DNA of 64,000 nt from Deltaproteobacteria bacterium. GTDB lineage: Bacteria > Myxococcota_A > UBA9160 > UBA6930. Positions 55,790 through 64,000 of this stretch are shown here, piece after piece. The number at the start of each line of letters is the position of its first letter. Position 1 is the stretch's first letter. Position numbers and translations under genes: made by a program. The notes beneath the pieces are model-generated. The model saw only the letters and a program-made list of their open reading frames with translations, ran no database searches and was not told where the DNA came from. The stretch is taken from positions 6,615-70,614 of the forward strand of contig JAFDCZ010000012.1 in NCBI GenBank assembly GCA_019312665.1, given 5' to 3'.

Positions 55790-56335
55790 ATGCAGCGGTG
55801 GTTCATCCTCTCTGCGATCGGCCGTGATCGCCCCGGCCTGGTAGCCGAGTTGGCGCGGCTCGTCCTCGACAGCGACGCGAACGTCGAGGATTCCCGGATG
55901 ACGATTCTCGGTACCGACTTCGCCGTGATCCTGCTGTGCTCCGCGACCCGCGCCGACGCCGGCGACCGATTGGCCGTAGGCGCCAAACAGCTCGAGCGTG
56001 ATCATGGACTCACCATCCTTCTCCGCCACCTCGAAACCGGGAATCGACCCGCTGTTCCCTCGCCGGACACCCAGCTGTTCCGTGTCGTTGCCGCCGGAGA
56101 AGACAAGGCGGGAATCGTGGCTGGAATCTGCGGCACCCTCGCCGACCACGGCGTCAACATCGCCGATCTCTCGACGGCCAGTCAGCCGGGCCCCGGAGGC
56201 TCCCCGCACTATCAGATGACGATCCTCTGCGAAGTCCCGGATTCTCTTGGCGAAGAAGGCCTGCGCACCGCCCTCGAATCCGAAGGCGATCGCCTCGTCG
56301 TCGACGTGGAACTCACCCGCGAAACGCGGAGCTGA
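55790..56335 (+). CDS. Tandem ACT-domain protein (GcvR-like glycine cleavage regulator family)
   Basis: There are two ACT units (ILSAIGRDRPGLVAELA... and RVVAAGEDKAGIVAGIC...). An AAGGAG Shine-Dalgarno sequence lies upstream of ATG 55790. Confidence 0.7.
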   Translation: MQRWFILSAIGRDRPGLVAELARLVLDSDANVEDSRMTILGTDFAVILLCSATRADAGDRLAVGAKQLERDHGLTILLRHLETGNRPAVPSPDTQLFRVVAAGEDKAGIVAGICGTLADHGVNIADLSTASQPGPGGSPHYQMTILCEVPDSLGEEGLRTALESEGDRLVVDVELTRETRS

Positions 56336-56392
56336 CGACCCACCCAAGCAGAGAACACACCGCTCCTCCATCCATCGGAGGGTGACGCCGCT

Positions 56393-56809
56393 TCGCTTCT
56401 CGTTGCGAATCGCGGGGCGGGGGGCGGCCATCGCGGAATGGCTCGGCTGGGGCTTCGGTGGCCGCGTAACACTTGGACGCGGGTTCGCTTGCGCGGCTTC
56501 GCCGCTAGCGAACTTGCGCACGCTCATCGGATGAGATGCCTGCGCTCTATTTCCGCGCTGACCGCCCCGCGATCAGCTGTGCAGGCAATTGGAACCGCTT
56601 CGCCGGGGCTGGGCGCAGGCCGGGCGGAAATAAAGCGCAGGCATAGGTGCCCTCTAGCGTGCGCGTAGGTTGCCCGCGGCGAAGCCGCAAAGGGCAACAC
56701 CCTGTCCACCTCCCTACGCGGCCACCCGACCCCCAGCCGAGCCATTCCGCCCGGCCTGTGCCCAGCCCCGGCGACTCGACTCCACGCGATAGGAGCGAAG
56801 CGGCGTGCG
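56393..56809. repeat. Composite of two inverted copies of the GC-rich nested-IR element (locus 2)
   Basis: Four inverted-repeat block pairs are present. They are 56435-56468/56715-56748 (31/34), 56605-56627/56747-56769 (22/23), 56536-56556/56624-56644 (20/21) and 56393-56411/56791-56809. A 26-nt core at 56409-56434 is identical to the reverse complement of 15686-15711. Confidence 0.7.
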
Positions 56810-56860
56810 AAATCCGTCAGCGGCTTCCCGAGGTTCCGCAACTAGCGACAGCGATCAAGC

Positions 56861-57490
56861 TCAGGGTGTCCGTTCGATCATCGGGAGTTCGCCCCATCGG
56901 TCGCGCAAGGGGTGGCCCACCACCTCGAAGAATATCTCGATGAACCGGTACGTCAGGCCCCAGACGATATGGCGTTCCGGATCCCCGACGACGATTCCCG
57001 GAAACTGCAGGCTGCCAGTTTCGCGGAATGCTTTCTCGATGTGACGCTCCGGCTCACGGAGTTCGCGAACGGGGAACCAGAAGGTCTCCGCCACCTCGTA
57101 ATTCGGCTCCAGTTCGCCCGGCGAGGGGTGATGGAAGACGAAGCCCGAAATGACGAGAGCATCCACGCGCCCGGCGTGGCGGCCCTGGAGATCGTCGAGC
57201 CGACCGATCAATTCGGCGCCTTCGAGAGACACGCCCACTTCCTCGAACGTCTCGCGCTCCGCGGCGATCTGGATGCTCGCGTCCACAGCCTCTACGCGGC
57301 CCCCGGGAAACGCCATGTGGCCGGACCAGGGGTCGCCGTCTTTGGTCGCGCGCTCGATGAGCAACACCTCGGGCTGCCCGGCATGCTCGCGCAGCACGAC
57401 GGCCACGGCAGCGCGACGGCCCGTAGGCCGCTCGATCAGCTCGGGCTCGTGGCCGGAAAAGGCCGCGCGGATCTGTTCCAGACCAGGCAT
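56861..57490 (-). CDS. NUDIX hydrolase (CoA pyrophosphatase-like)
   Basis: The product has the Nudix box GGRVEAVDASIQIAAERETFEEVG, preceded by a LLIERA...HMAFPGG context typical of the NudL/CoA pyrophosphatase group. Confidence 0.8.
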   Translation of the reverse strand: MPGLEQIRAAFSGHEPELIERPTGRRAAVAVVLREHAGQPEVLLIERATKDGDPWSGHMAFPGGRVEAVDASIQIAAERETFEEVGVSLEGAELIGRLDDLQGRHAGRVDALVISGFVFHHPSPGELEPNYEVAETFWFPVRELREPERHIEKAFRETGSLQFPGIVVGDPERHIVWGLTYRFIEIFFEVVGHPLRDRWGELPMIERTP

Positions 57491-57503
57491 CCCGCGAGGA
57501 TAG

Positions 57504-58868
57504 CTACAGTGCTTCCCGGCAGCTGCGGATCAGTAGGATCAGCCGCTCTTCGCGACCCTCCTTGCCGAGCCGCCACTGCCCCAACACCAGCGACCCGCCG
57601 CCTGCCGGGAGCGCGACACCCGTCGGGGCGCCCCAGTCTGCGACCGGGCCGAGATCCAAGCGCACGAGCGCCTCGCCCGGCGTGCCGATGCGCAGCTGGC
57701 TTCGGCCGGCAGCTCGGGCCCGAGCGCCGCCCATCCGCGCCAGGACGAAGCCCAGGCCTGCCGGACCGGCGTGGTTCCCCTCCTCGCTGGCGAGGACCAT
57801 CGAACGGCCGTCCCGGGAGAACGATACGGCCGCGGCGCCGGCCAGCGGGCCAAGCGCTTCTTCCTGTCCGGTGGCTGGATCGATCCACCAGCCCTCGAAC
57901 GCATCGGGGCCGGCTCCGCGGGCGTAGACCAGCGAGCGTGCATCCAGCGACCACGCGAGAGGCGCGACCCAATCCAGACCGCCCGCCACGAGAGGGCGGT
58001 GGGAGCCAAGGGACAAACCTCCGTGGCCAACGACGAGCGCCGCCGTAAGAATTGAAAAGGCTCCGTTTTTCGCCGTCGACCAGACCATGCCGCGACCGCC
58101 GGCCTCGTAGATCGGGAAGGCTCCAGGCGCATCCCCTGGGATGATCCGCCGCGATGGTCGCCTCCCGCGCGTACGCTCCCGGGTTTCGGCCGAGAACAAA
58201 CCAAGGGCGCCATCCCGGTCCGACTCGAACAGGACGCCTTCACCGATCGGGTTCGGCACCGGTCGGACATTGTTGCCAGCCTCACCGCAGGTCCAGCAAC
58301 GCACCTCGCGGCTGTCCGGATCGATGAAATGGAGCTGACGGCGGCCCCCGGAACCTGGCGCGTCGAACCAGAGCCGATCCTGGGGCGCGCCGAAGCGCGG
58401 ATGCGCCCCGGGGCTCGCCAGCACCTGGCCCTGCTGTAGCACGGCCTCACAATGGAGAATCGGATCGAGCGCGACCCCGGCGTCGAGGTCATAGGCCAGG
58501 GTGCGGTAGACCGGGGGGATCGTGACCTCGGCCCCGAGCGCCCACGCGTGGAACGCGGCCAGCCCGAACGCCAGGACGATCCCGCCAAGGGCGTGGCCAA
58601 CCCACCAGAAGAGCGGCCGCCCGCGGCGGAGCAGCCAGCCGCCGAGCACAGCCGACCCGCCGAACCACACCAGCGCAACGAGCACCCAGAATAACGTGCT
58701 GCTGCCGAGGCCAAGCCGCTCGGCGGCGAGCAGCGACGGCAGCACGGCAAGCCCGCTGGCGCCGCGCATCATGCGGCGAAGTGAATTCTGCGAGGACCCT
58801 ACTGCCACGGCGAACACCAGAAGGATAGCACTCGCACCCGGTTTTATTGAGGCTTCCCCCACAGCCAA
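57504..58868 (-). CDS. Membrane-anchored protein with PD40/TolB-like beta-propeller repeats
   Basis: The N-terminus has 3-4 TM helices. The C-terminus has repeats resembling PD40 (SRDGRSMVLAS, WSLDARSLVYA). Confidence 0.4.
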   Translation of the reverse strand: MAVGEASIKPGASAILLVFAVAVGSSQNSLRRMMRGASGLAVLPSLLAAERLGLGSSTLFWVLVALVWFGGSAVLGGWLLRRGRPLFWWVGHALGGIVLAFGLAAFHAWALGAEVTIPPVYRTLAYDLDAGVALDPILHCEAVLQQGQVLASPGAHPRFGAPQDRLWFDAPGSGGRRQLHFIDPDSREVRCWTCGEAGNNVRPVPNPIGEGVLFESDRDGALGLFSAETRERTRGRRPSRRIIPGDAPGAFPIYEAGGRGMVWSTAKNGAFSILTAALVVGHGGLSLGSHRPLVAGGLDWVAPLAWSLDARSLVYARGAGPDAFEGWWIDPATGQEEALGPLAGAAAVSFSRDGRSMVLASEEGNHAGPAGLGFVLARMGGARARAAGRSQLRIGTPGEALVRLDLGPVADWGAPTGVALPAGGGSLVLGQWRLGKEGREERLILLIRSCREAL

Positions 58869-58889
58869 GCCGGGCTACGATCCGGCGCG

Positions 58890-60092
58890 ATGGGAACCCT
58901 CGAGCTCCCCCCGCCGCAGGCCCGCCGCATCTTGGAGCTGGCGCGAAAGGATCGCCAGGCCGCCCGTGTGGCCATGGCCGAACACAGCCTGGATGCCCAG
59001 GTGGCGTTGATCTGTGAAACGCCCGTCAGCCGACGCAGCCAGTTGTTGGGCCTGGCAGCCGATCCGGCCCGCATCATTCCCCGCTTGCCGCCGGCGGAGC
59101 TCTGCTTCACCGCCCATGCGGTGGGCCTGGCGGACGCTGGCTGGCTGCTCGAGCATGCCACCGCCGAACAGCTCACTGCCTGCATCGACCTCGACGCCTG
59201 GACAGCTGGGCTCCCGGATCGTGAGCGGCTCGGGCAATGGCTCGAGGCATTCGCCGATGGCGGGGACGCGACGCTGCAGAAGGCTTCCGAGGCGGTGGAC
59301 GCCGAGGCCTGGACACTGCTCCTCATGGATCAGGCCTACGTGATCCTGAAGCCTTCGGGCGACGACGATTGGGAGCCTCCTGTGGGAGGCCAGACCATCG
59401 ACGGCCAGTTCTACCTGGTCTCTCGTCGCGGCAGCGATGATCTCGTCGAGCTGCTCGAGTTCCTGCGGGTGCTCTTCCAGGAAAGCTACTGGCTCTACTT
59501 CAGGCTGCTGCAGGCAGTGATCTGGGAACTCCCGACGGAGACCGAAGAATGGGCGCGGCGTTGGCGCGGCGGGCGGCTCGAGGATCTCGGGTTCCCGCCC
59601 CTCGATGAGGCCAAGGGAATCTACGCCTTTCTGAGCGAAACGAATGCCGATCTGATTTCGGACGAAGCGCGCAGTTTCGAGGTCGAAGATTGGCCGATGC
59701 CCGTATGGATGCCGAGCTTCCCGATCACCGCGGAGATGGATTACAGCCTGTTCCGCGCCTTCGCAGGCCTGCCTGATGAAGAACGCCGAACACGGCTGCT
59801 CGAGTTCCTTTCCCTGGCCAACCGTGTGGCCGTGGCGGATGACCTCCCCCTCGGCGACGCAGAGACATTGCCCGCATCGCTTGCGAAGGCGGCGCGCTTC
59901 GCCAGCCTCGGGCTCGATTTCCTTTGCGCCGAGCACGACCTGGCAGCGCCGGATGCCCTGCGCCGCGCGACCCAGGAGCGCTTGTTTCGCGTCGGCTTCA
60001 ATCTCGAACGCTCCGCGGGTCGAGCCGAGCCACCTCTTCATCTCGAGGACGAGCCCGAGACCGACGAAGGCGAAAGGGAAACCGAGGCCTAG
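58890..60092 (+). CDS. Conserved hypothetical acidic protein (possibly DUF6178-like)
   Basis: The 400-aa ORF shows coding-like composition and an acidic C-terminal tail. The family name is from memory only. Confidence 0.4.
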   Translation: MGTLELPPPQARRILELARKDRQAARVAMAEHSLDAQVALICETPVSRRSQLLGLAADPARIIPRLPPAELCFTAHAVGLADAGWLLEHATAEQLTACIDLDAWTAGLPDRERLGQWLEAFADGGDATLQKASEAVDAEAWTLLLMDQAYVILKPSGDDDWEPPVGGQTIDGQFYLVSRRGSDDLVELLEFLRVLFQESYWLYFRLLQAVIWELPTETEEWARRWRGGRLEDLGFPPLDEAKGIYAFLSETNADLISDEARSFEVEDWPMPVWMPSFPITAEMDYSLFRAFAGLPDEERRTRLLEFLSLANRVAVADDLPLGDAETLPASLAKAARFASLGLDFLCAEHDLAAPDALRRATQERLFRVGFNLERSAGRAEPPLHLEDEPETDEGERETEA

Positions 60093-60100
60093 AAACGAGA

Positions 60101-60136
60101 GAGCCCGCGGGGCAAGACCCCGCGGGCTCCTTTTCG
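60101..60136. terminator. Rho-independent (bidirectional) terminator
   Basis: The stem is GAGCCCGCGGGG, the loop is CAAGA and the closing arm is CCCCGCGGGCTC, followed by CTTTTC. It lies between two convergent genes. Confidence 0.7.
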
Positions 60137-60149
60137 TTCGACCGGACGT

Positions 60150-60353
60150 CTAGATATCGACGGCCTTCAGGGTCTTGCGCTTGTTGCCGATCGCGCGGGC
60201 TTCGGCGTCCTTGATCAGGTCGCGAACCTTCGCGTCGAGGGCGCCGTAGAACTCGCCTCCGACATTGCACTTCTTCACGGCGGCCTTGGTGCGGGCCTTG
60301 GAAATGATCAGTTCGGCCGGCTTGCGAGCCGCCTTCTTCCTTCGTGCTGCCAT
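60150..60353 (-). CDS. Histone-fold DUF1931-like small DNA-binding protein with basic N-terminal tail
   Basis: The 67-aa product begins with the tail MAARRKKAARKPA. The core IISKARTKAAVKK...FYGALDAKVRDLIKDAEARAIGNKRKTLKAVDI parallels the bacterial histone/DUF1931 pattern (..SK.K...K........L......I..A..RA...gRKT....D). A GGGAGG Shine-Dalgarno sequence lies upstream. Confidence 0.65.
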   Translation of the reverse strand: MAARRKKAARKPAELIISKARTKAAVKKCNVGGEFYGALDAKVRDLIKDAEARAIGNKRKTLKAVDI

Positions 60354-60556
60354 CTGAATGAACCTCCCATGCCGAGCAAGCAAGAATCGCCGCTCGGTCG
60401 TGTTCCCCCCCCGTGACGTACTGCACGCCCCGGTTCGAGGCTGGGGATGGTAAGCGTTCCGCCGACGGAGTCAAAGGAAAAACTGCCCAAATCGGGCTCT
60501 GGGGGCTGTTTTCGAGGGTCTTTCCGCCAGCGCCGACTGCGATACGTTGCGCGGCC

Positions 60557-61402
60557 ATGTCGAACGCCGGAAATCGAGCCGAGACCGAAGCCGAACTGCG
60601 AGAAGAACGCTTCACCACCGACGGTTTGGCGGGCCTTCAGCTGCATGCCATTCACCGAGGAGAACCCGGTGCGCCTTGCCTCGTACTGCTTCACGGTGCG
60701 GGCGCGAACGCCCACTGGTGGGACCATCTCGCGCCAACACTGGCCCGGAACTTCCATGTCGTCGCACTCGATTTCCGCGGGCACGGAGACTCGGATTTTC
60801 CCTCGGAGCACACCCCAGGTGCCTTTTCGGACGATCTCGAGGCCCTGTTGGAGCATCTGGATGCGCCGGGAGCCATCCTGATGGGCCACTCGATGGGCGC
60901 CCATGTGGCGCTTTGGCACGCGGCGCAGCCGAGGGAGACCCCGGCCCTGGTACTCATCGATCTGACCCGAGGTGCCTCCCCGAGCCGTCAACGCGCCACC
61001 CGCCTGGCGCTGACGCTGCGTCGAACCTACAGCTCACGCGAGCAGGCGATCGACAAGTTCCGTTTCCTTCCTGGCGCGGCCCACGCAGCGCCGGAACTCC
61101 GGCGGGCCATCGCAGCTCACTCGGTTTGTGTCGAACCCGATGGCCGGTTCGGCTTCAAATTCGATCCCCGTTGGTTCGGCGTACCTGGGCGCCGCCCGCC
61201 GGATCTTTCGGCCGTGGGGTGCCGAACCCTGTTGTTGCGAGGGGCGGATAGCAACCTGCTCACCTCGGAGGGCGCGGCCGACATCGCCGGAAAGATCCCG
61301 GGCTGCGAACTCGTCGAAATCGCTGACGCTGGGCATCACGTCCACATCGATCAGCCGGCGGCAGTGCTCGCGGCGACAACGCGTTTCCTGGGTGCGAGTT
61401 AG
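60557..61402 (+). CDS. Alpha/beta-fold hydrolase
   Basis: The product has LLHGAGANAHWW, GHSMGA and a C-terminal AGHHVHID. I took the ATG at 60557 within the longer ORF. Confidence 0.8.
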   Translation: MSNAGNRAETEAELREERFTTDGLAGLQLHAIHRGEPGAPCLVLLHGAGANAHWWDHLAPTLARNFHVVALDFRGHGDSDFPSEHTPGAFSDDLEALLEHLDAPGAILMGHSMGAHVALWHAAQPRETPALVLIDLTRGASPSRQRATRLALTLRRTYSSREQAIDKFRFLPGAAHAAPELRRAIAAHSVCVEPDGRFGFKFDPRWFGVPGRRPPDLSAVGCRTLLLRGADSNLLTSEGAADIAGKIPGCELVEIADAGHHVHIDQPAAVLAATTRFLGAS

Positions 61403-61440
61403 GAGAGCCAGCGTATTCACGGGATTGCCTCCGACCGGCG

Positions 61441-62241
61441 CTAGGAATCAAGGGCCATGCGCGCGACGAGGTCCGGCAGGATCGTCTCCAACGGGTCCGA
61501 GAATCGCCAGGTGGCCGACGCGTCGAAGGGCGTTTCCGAAGCGGTCAGAATGGCCACCTTTGCACCGGCGTCCAAGGCTCGCGGCAGCATCTCGTTGATC
61601 GGGCTTACCACCAGAGAGGTTCCGATCGCGACGAAGAGGTCGCAATCGCGAGCGGCCGCGAAGGCGCGCTCCAGGTCTGCCGAAACCAGGCCCTGACCGA
61701 ACGAGATCGTCGCCGGCTTCCAGGGCTCGCCACATCGACATTTGGGGACGGCTTCGCCTGCCTCCCACGCCTGCTGGGAAGCCTCTCGCGGCTCGCGGCT
61801 CCCGCACGCCAGGCACATCACTTCAGCATCCGTACCGTGGATGTGGATCAGACGACCCGCCGGGAAACCGCTGCGTGCGTGTAGACCGTCGACGTTCTGC
61901 GTCACCAGCAGGTTCAACCGATCATGTGCCGCCAACCGTACGAGTGCACGATGAGCCGGGTTGGGCTCGGCCGCCTGGATCACCTGCCAGGTCTCTCCCT
62001 TGTAGCGCCAATAGGCCTCGCGGCTGGCACGAGACGCCATGAAGTCCTGAATCGGCACGGGTTGATAGCTGGACCAGCGGCCACCGGGCGAGCGGAAATC
62101 CGGGATACCAGAGGCGGTCGAGATGCCAGCACCCGTCAACACCACGACACGCGTGCCGCGGCGCCATTCATCGGCCAACGGTTGGCGGGCATCGTGCATG
62201 ACGGCCAGTGTACCCTCGTGGCCGTACAAACCTTGCACCAC
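61441..62241 (-). CDS. cobB: NAD-dependent protein deacylase (Sir2 family)
   Basis: The product has GAGISTASGIPDFRS, TQNVDGLH, IHGT and a zinc ribbon (CLACG...CRCG). Confidence 0.88.
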   Translation of the reverse strand: MVQGLYGHEGTLAVMHDARQPLADEWRRGTRVVVLTGAGISTASGIPDFRSPGGRWSSYQPVPIQDFMASRASREAYWRYKGETWQVIQAAEPNPAHRALVRLAAHDRLNLLVTQNVDGLHARSGFPAGRLIHIHGTDAEVMCLACGSREPREASQQAWEAGEAVPKCRCGEPWKPATISFGQGLVSADLERAFAAARDCDLFVAIGTSLVVSPINEMLPRALDAGAKVAILTASETPFDASATWRFSDPLETILPDLVARMALDS

Positions 62242-62252
62242 GGAGCGAAACT

Positions 62253-63269
62253 GTGAGCTTGCGGACCCTCGATCTGCGGAGCGATACCGTCACCCTGCCG
62301 ACGCCGGGCATGCGCGAAGCCATGGCGCAGGCTGAGCTCGGCGACGACGTGTACGGCGAGGACCCGACGGTGCGGAGCCTCGAAGAACGGATCGCGGAAG
62401 TGCTCGGCAAGGAGAGGGCGATGTTCTTTCCCTCGGGCACGATGGCAAACCAGGCTTGCCTGCGGCTCCTGACCCGCGCGGGCGATGTCGTTCTCGGCTC
62501 GAAGGATTGCCATATCCAGCGCTTCGAGGCGGGTGCGGCGGCAGGCCTGTCAGGGCTTCACATCGAACGTCTCGGCGACGAGGGCCGATTCGACGCGGCG
62601 CAGCTGCGTGCCGCATTGCCTCCGGACGATCCGCATTTCGCCCCGGCGAGCGTCGTCGCGATCGAAAATACCCACAACGCTGCGGGCGGGCGTGTGTTCC
62701 CGAAGGACATGTTGGATGCGATCGTCGTGCTCGCCCGGGAGCGTGGCCTGTCCCTTCACCTCGACGGCGCCCGCCTGTTCAATGCGGCGGTCGCCAGCGG
62801 ACGGCCGCCAGCCGAACTGGCGGCACCCTTCGACACGGTCTCGGTCTGTCTTTCCAAGGGCCTGGGGGCTCCCGTCGGATCGGTAGTGGCGACGAATGCG
62901 AGCCGGATGGGAGCCCTGCTGCGGATCCGGAAGATGCTGGGCGGCGGCATGCGCCAGGCCGGCATGCTCGCTGCCGCGGGTCTCTACGCCCTGGAGCACC
63001 ATGTCGAGCGTCTGGCCAAAGATCACACGAACGCCTCCCGGCTGGCCGAGGGGCTCGCCGAACTGGGCTGCGAGGTGACCGCTCCCGAAACGAACATCGT
63101 GATGTTCCGCGTGCCGGATCTCGAAGGGTTCCTAACCGGCGCGGCCAACTGCGGTGTGAGGGTCGGACGCTTCGACGCAACGCGTCTTCGGGCCGTGACT
63201 CACCTCGATATCTCAGCCGAAGACATAGGAGAAGCCCTCACTCGCATGAAAGGGCTTTTCCGAACTTGA
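62253..63269 (+). CDS. ltaE: Low-specificity L-threonine aldolase
   Basis: The product has DLRSDTVTLPT, GDDVYGEDPT, FPSGTMANQ and SVCLSKGLGAPVGS (PLP lysine). The GTG 62253 start avoids overlap with cobB. Confidence 0.85.
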   Translation: MSLRTLDLRSDTVTLPTPGMREAMAQAELGDDVYGEDPTVRSLEERIAEVLGKERAMFFPSGTMANQACLRLLTRAGDVVLGSKDCHIQRFEAGAAAGLSGLHIERLGDEGRFDAAQLRAALPPDDPHFAPASVVAIENTHNAAGGRVFPKDMLDAIVVLARERGLSLHLDGARLFNAAVASGRPPAELAAPFDTVSVCLSKGLGAPVGSVVATNASRMGALLRIRKMLGGGMRQAGMLAAAGLYALEHHVERLAKDHTNASRLAEGLAELGCEVTAPETNIVMFRVPDLEGFLTGAANCGVRVGRFDATRLRAVTHLDISAEDIGEALTRMKGLFRT

Positions 63270-63408
63270 TCCCGGCCCGCTCCCGGTTACGCTTTACGGT
63301 GACACGTGGCCAACCCCCCTCCTCTGGAGGCCTCGCGTCGTATGGACCGCTGAAGGACACGGGCTGTTTGCCCTAGAAGAGGCTCGAAACAGGGTTGGTC
63401 GAAAACGC

Positions 63409-63921
63409 GTGATCAAACTGGTGATGGGTGCTGAGATCCAGGCTGAACGGTCCGCGGTATGGGCGGCCCTTTCGGACCCCCGACAAGTTGCCCACTGGCG
63501 TCCGGGCGTGGTGGCGGCCCGCTCGCCCGACGCTTCCTATCCAACCGCAGGGCGCCGCTTCCGTTGGCTGTGTCGCCTGCATGAGCTTCCCGTAGAGCTG
63601 ATCGAAACACCGATCCACGTGGAACCGCCGTCGCGCCTCGAATCGGATGTCGCTCTCGGGCTCTTCCATTTCTCCCAGACCTTCACGCTCGCTCGTTCCA
63701 GCGAGAATCGGCCGGGAACGCGACTGGTCATGCACGTTGCGACCGACAATCAGATGCCCCTGGTGGGCGGATGCCTGGATCGCTTCGCCGTTCGACGCTT
63801 CGCGACGGATCTCGCCTCCACGTATCTCCAGGCGGTGCGCGACTGGTGCGAACGGGGCGAGGCGACTCCACGACCGCTGCCGACCTTGATGCGAAGCGTG
63901 GCCTCGAGCGCTCAACTCTGA
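63409..63921 (+). CDS. SRPBCC (START/polyketide-cyclase-like) family protein
   Basis: The N-terminal I.A....VW.ALSDP..V..W pattern is typical of SRPBCC/AHSA1-like proteins. The product is 170 aa with a GTG start. Confidence 0.55.
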   Translation: MIKLVMGAEIQAERSAVWAALSDPRQVAHWRPGVVAARSPDASYPTAGRRFRWLCRLHELPVELIETPIHVEPPSRLESDVALGLFHFSQTFTLARSSENRPGTRLVMHVATDNQMPLVGGCLDRFAVRRFATDLASTYLQAVRDWCERGEATPRPLPTLMRSVASSAQL

Positions 63922-64000
63922 AGAGAGGCCTACCAGACACCCCGCTCGACCCAAGAGCTATGGTGCTCGGCCATGTTTCGTCGATGGCTCGCTGCGATCG

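Overview
The window is a visibly GC-rich, tightly packed bacterial chromosomal segment. Many gene junctions overlap by 1-4 nt (GTGA/ATGA), and several convergent gene ends overlap. The content (FHA-GGDEF, PilZ, DUF1329, DUF1931 and PD40 proteins) suggests a Myxococcota or delta-proteobacteria-like organism, but I cannot verify this without a search. About 60 protein genes are supportable, and most are housekeeping: mutM, ileS, a fused trehalose-6-P synthase/phosphatase, nadE, aconitase, a Sir2 deacetylase, threonine aldolase, and a MoaD-AOR-MoeA-MoeA::PBP tungsten/molybdenum cofactor operon. I found no rRNA, tRNA or CRISPR array. No complete novel multi-gene system is evident. The items most worth a second look are listed below.

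- A GC-rich nested-inverted-repeat intergenic element family occurs at two loci (15.5 kb and 56.5 kb) and includes a compensatory-change hairpin.
- A perfect 89-bp palindrome spans the ends of two convergent genes.
- An intact IS1-family element has 25-bp IRs and a 9-bp target duplication.
- A histone-fold (DUF1931-like) protein carries a basic N-terminal tail.
- An orphan Toprim/DUF4435 (AriB-like) gene lies next to a response regulator broken by an in-frame TAA.
- A divergent pair of citrate-synthase-like genes includes one fused to an HTH domain.
- A permease gene appears frameshifted.

All family assignments come from motif recognition by eye and are not database hits.
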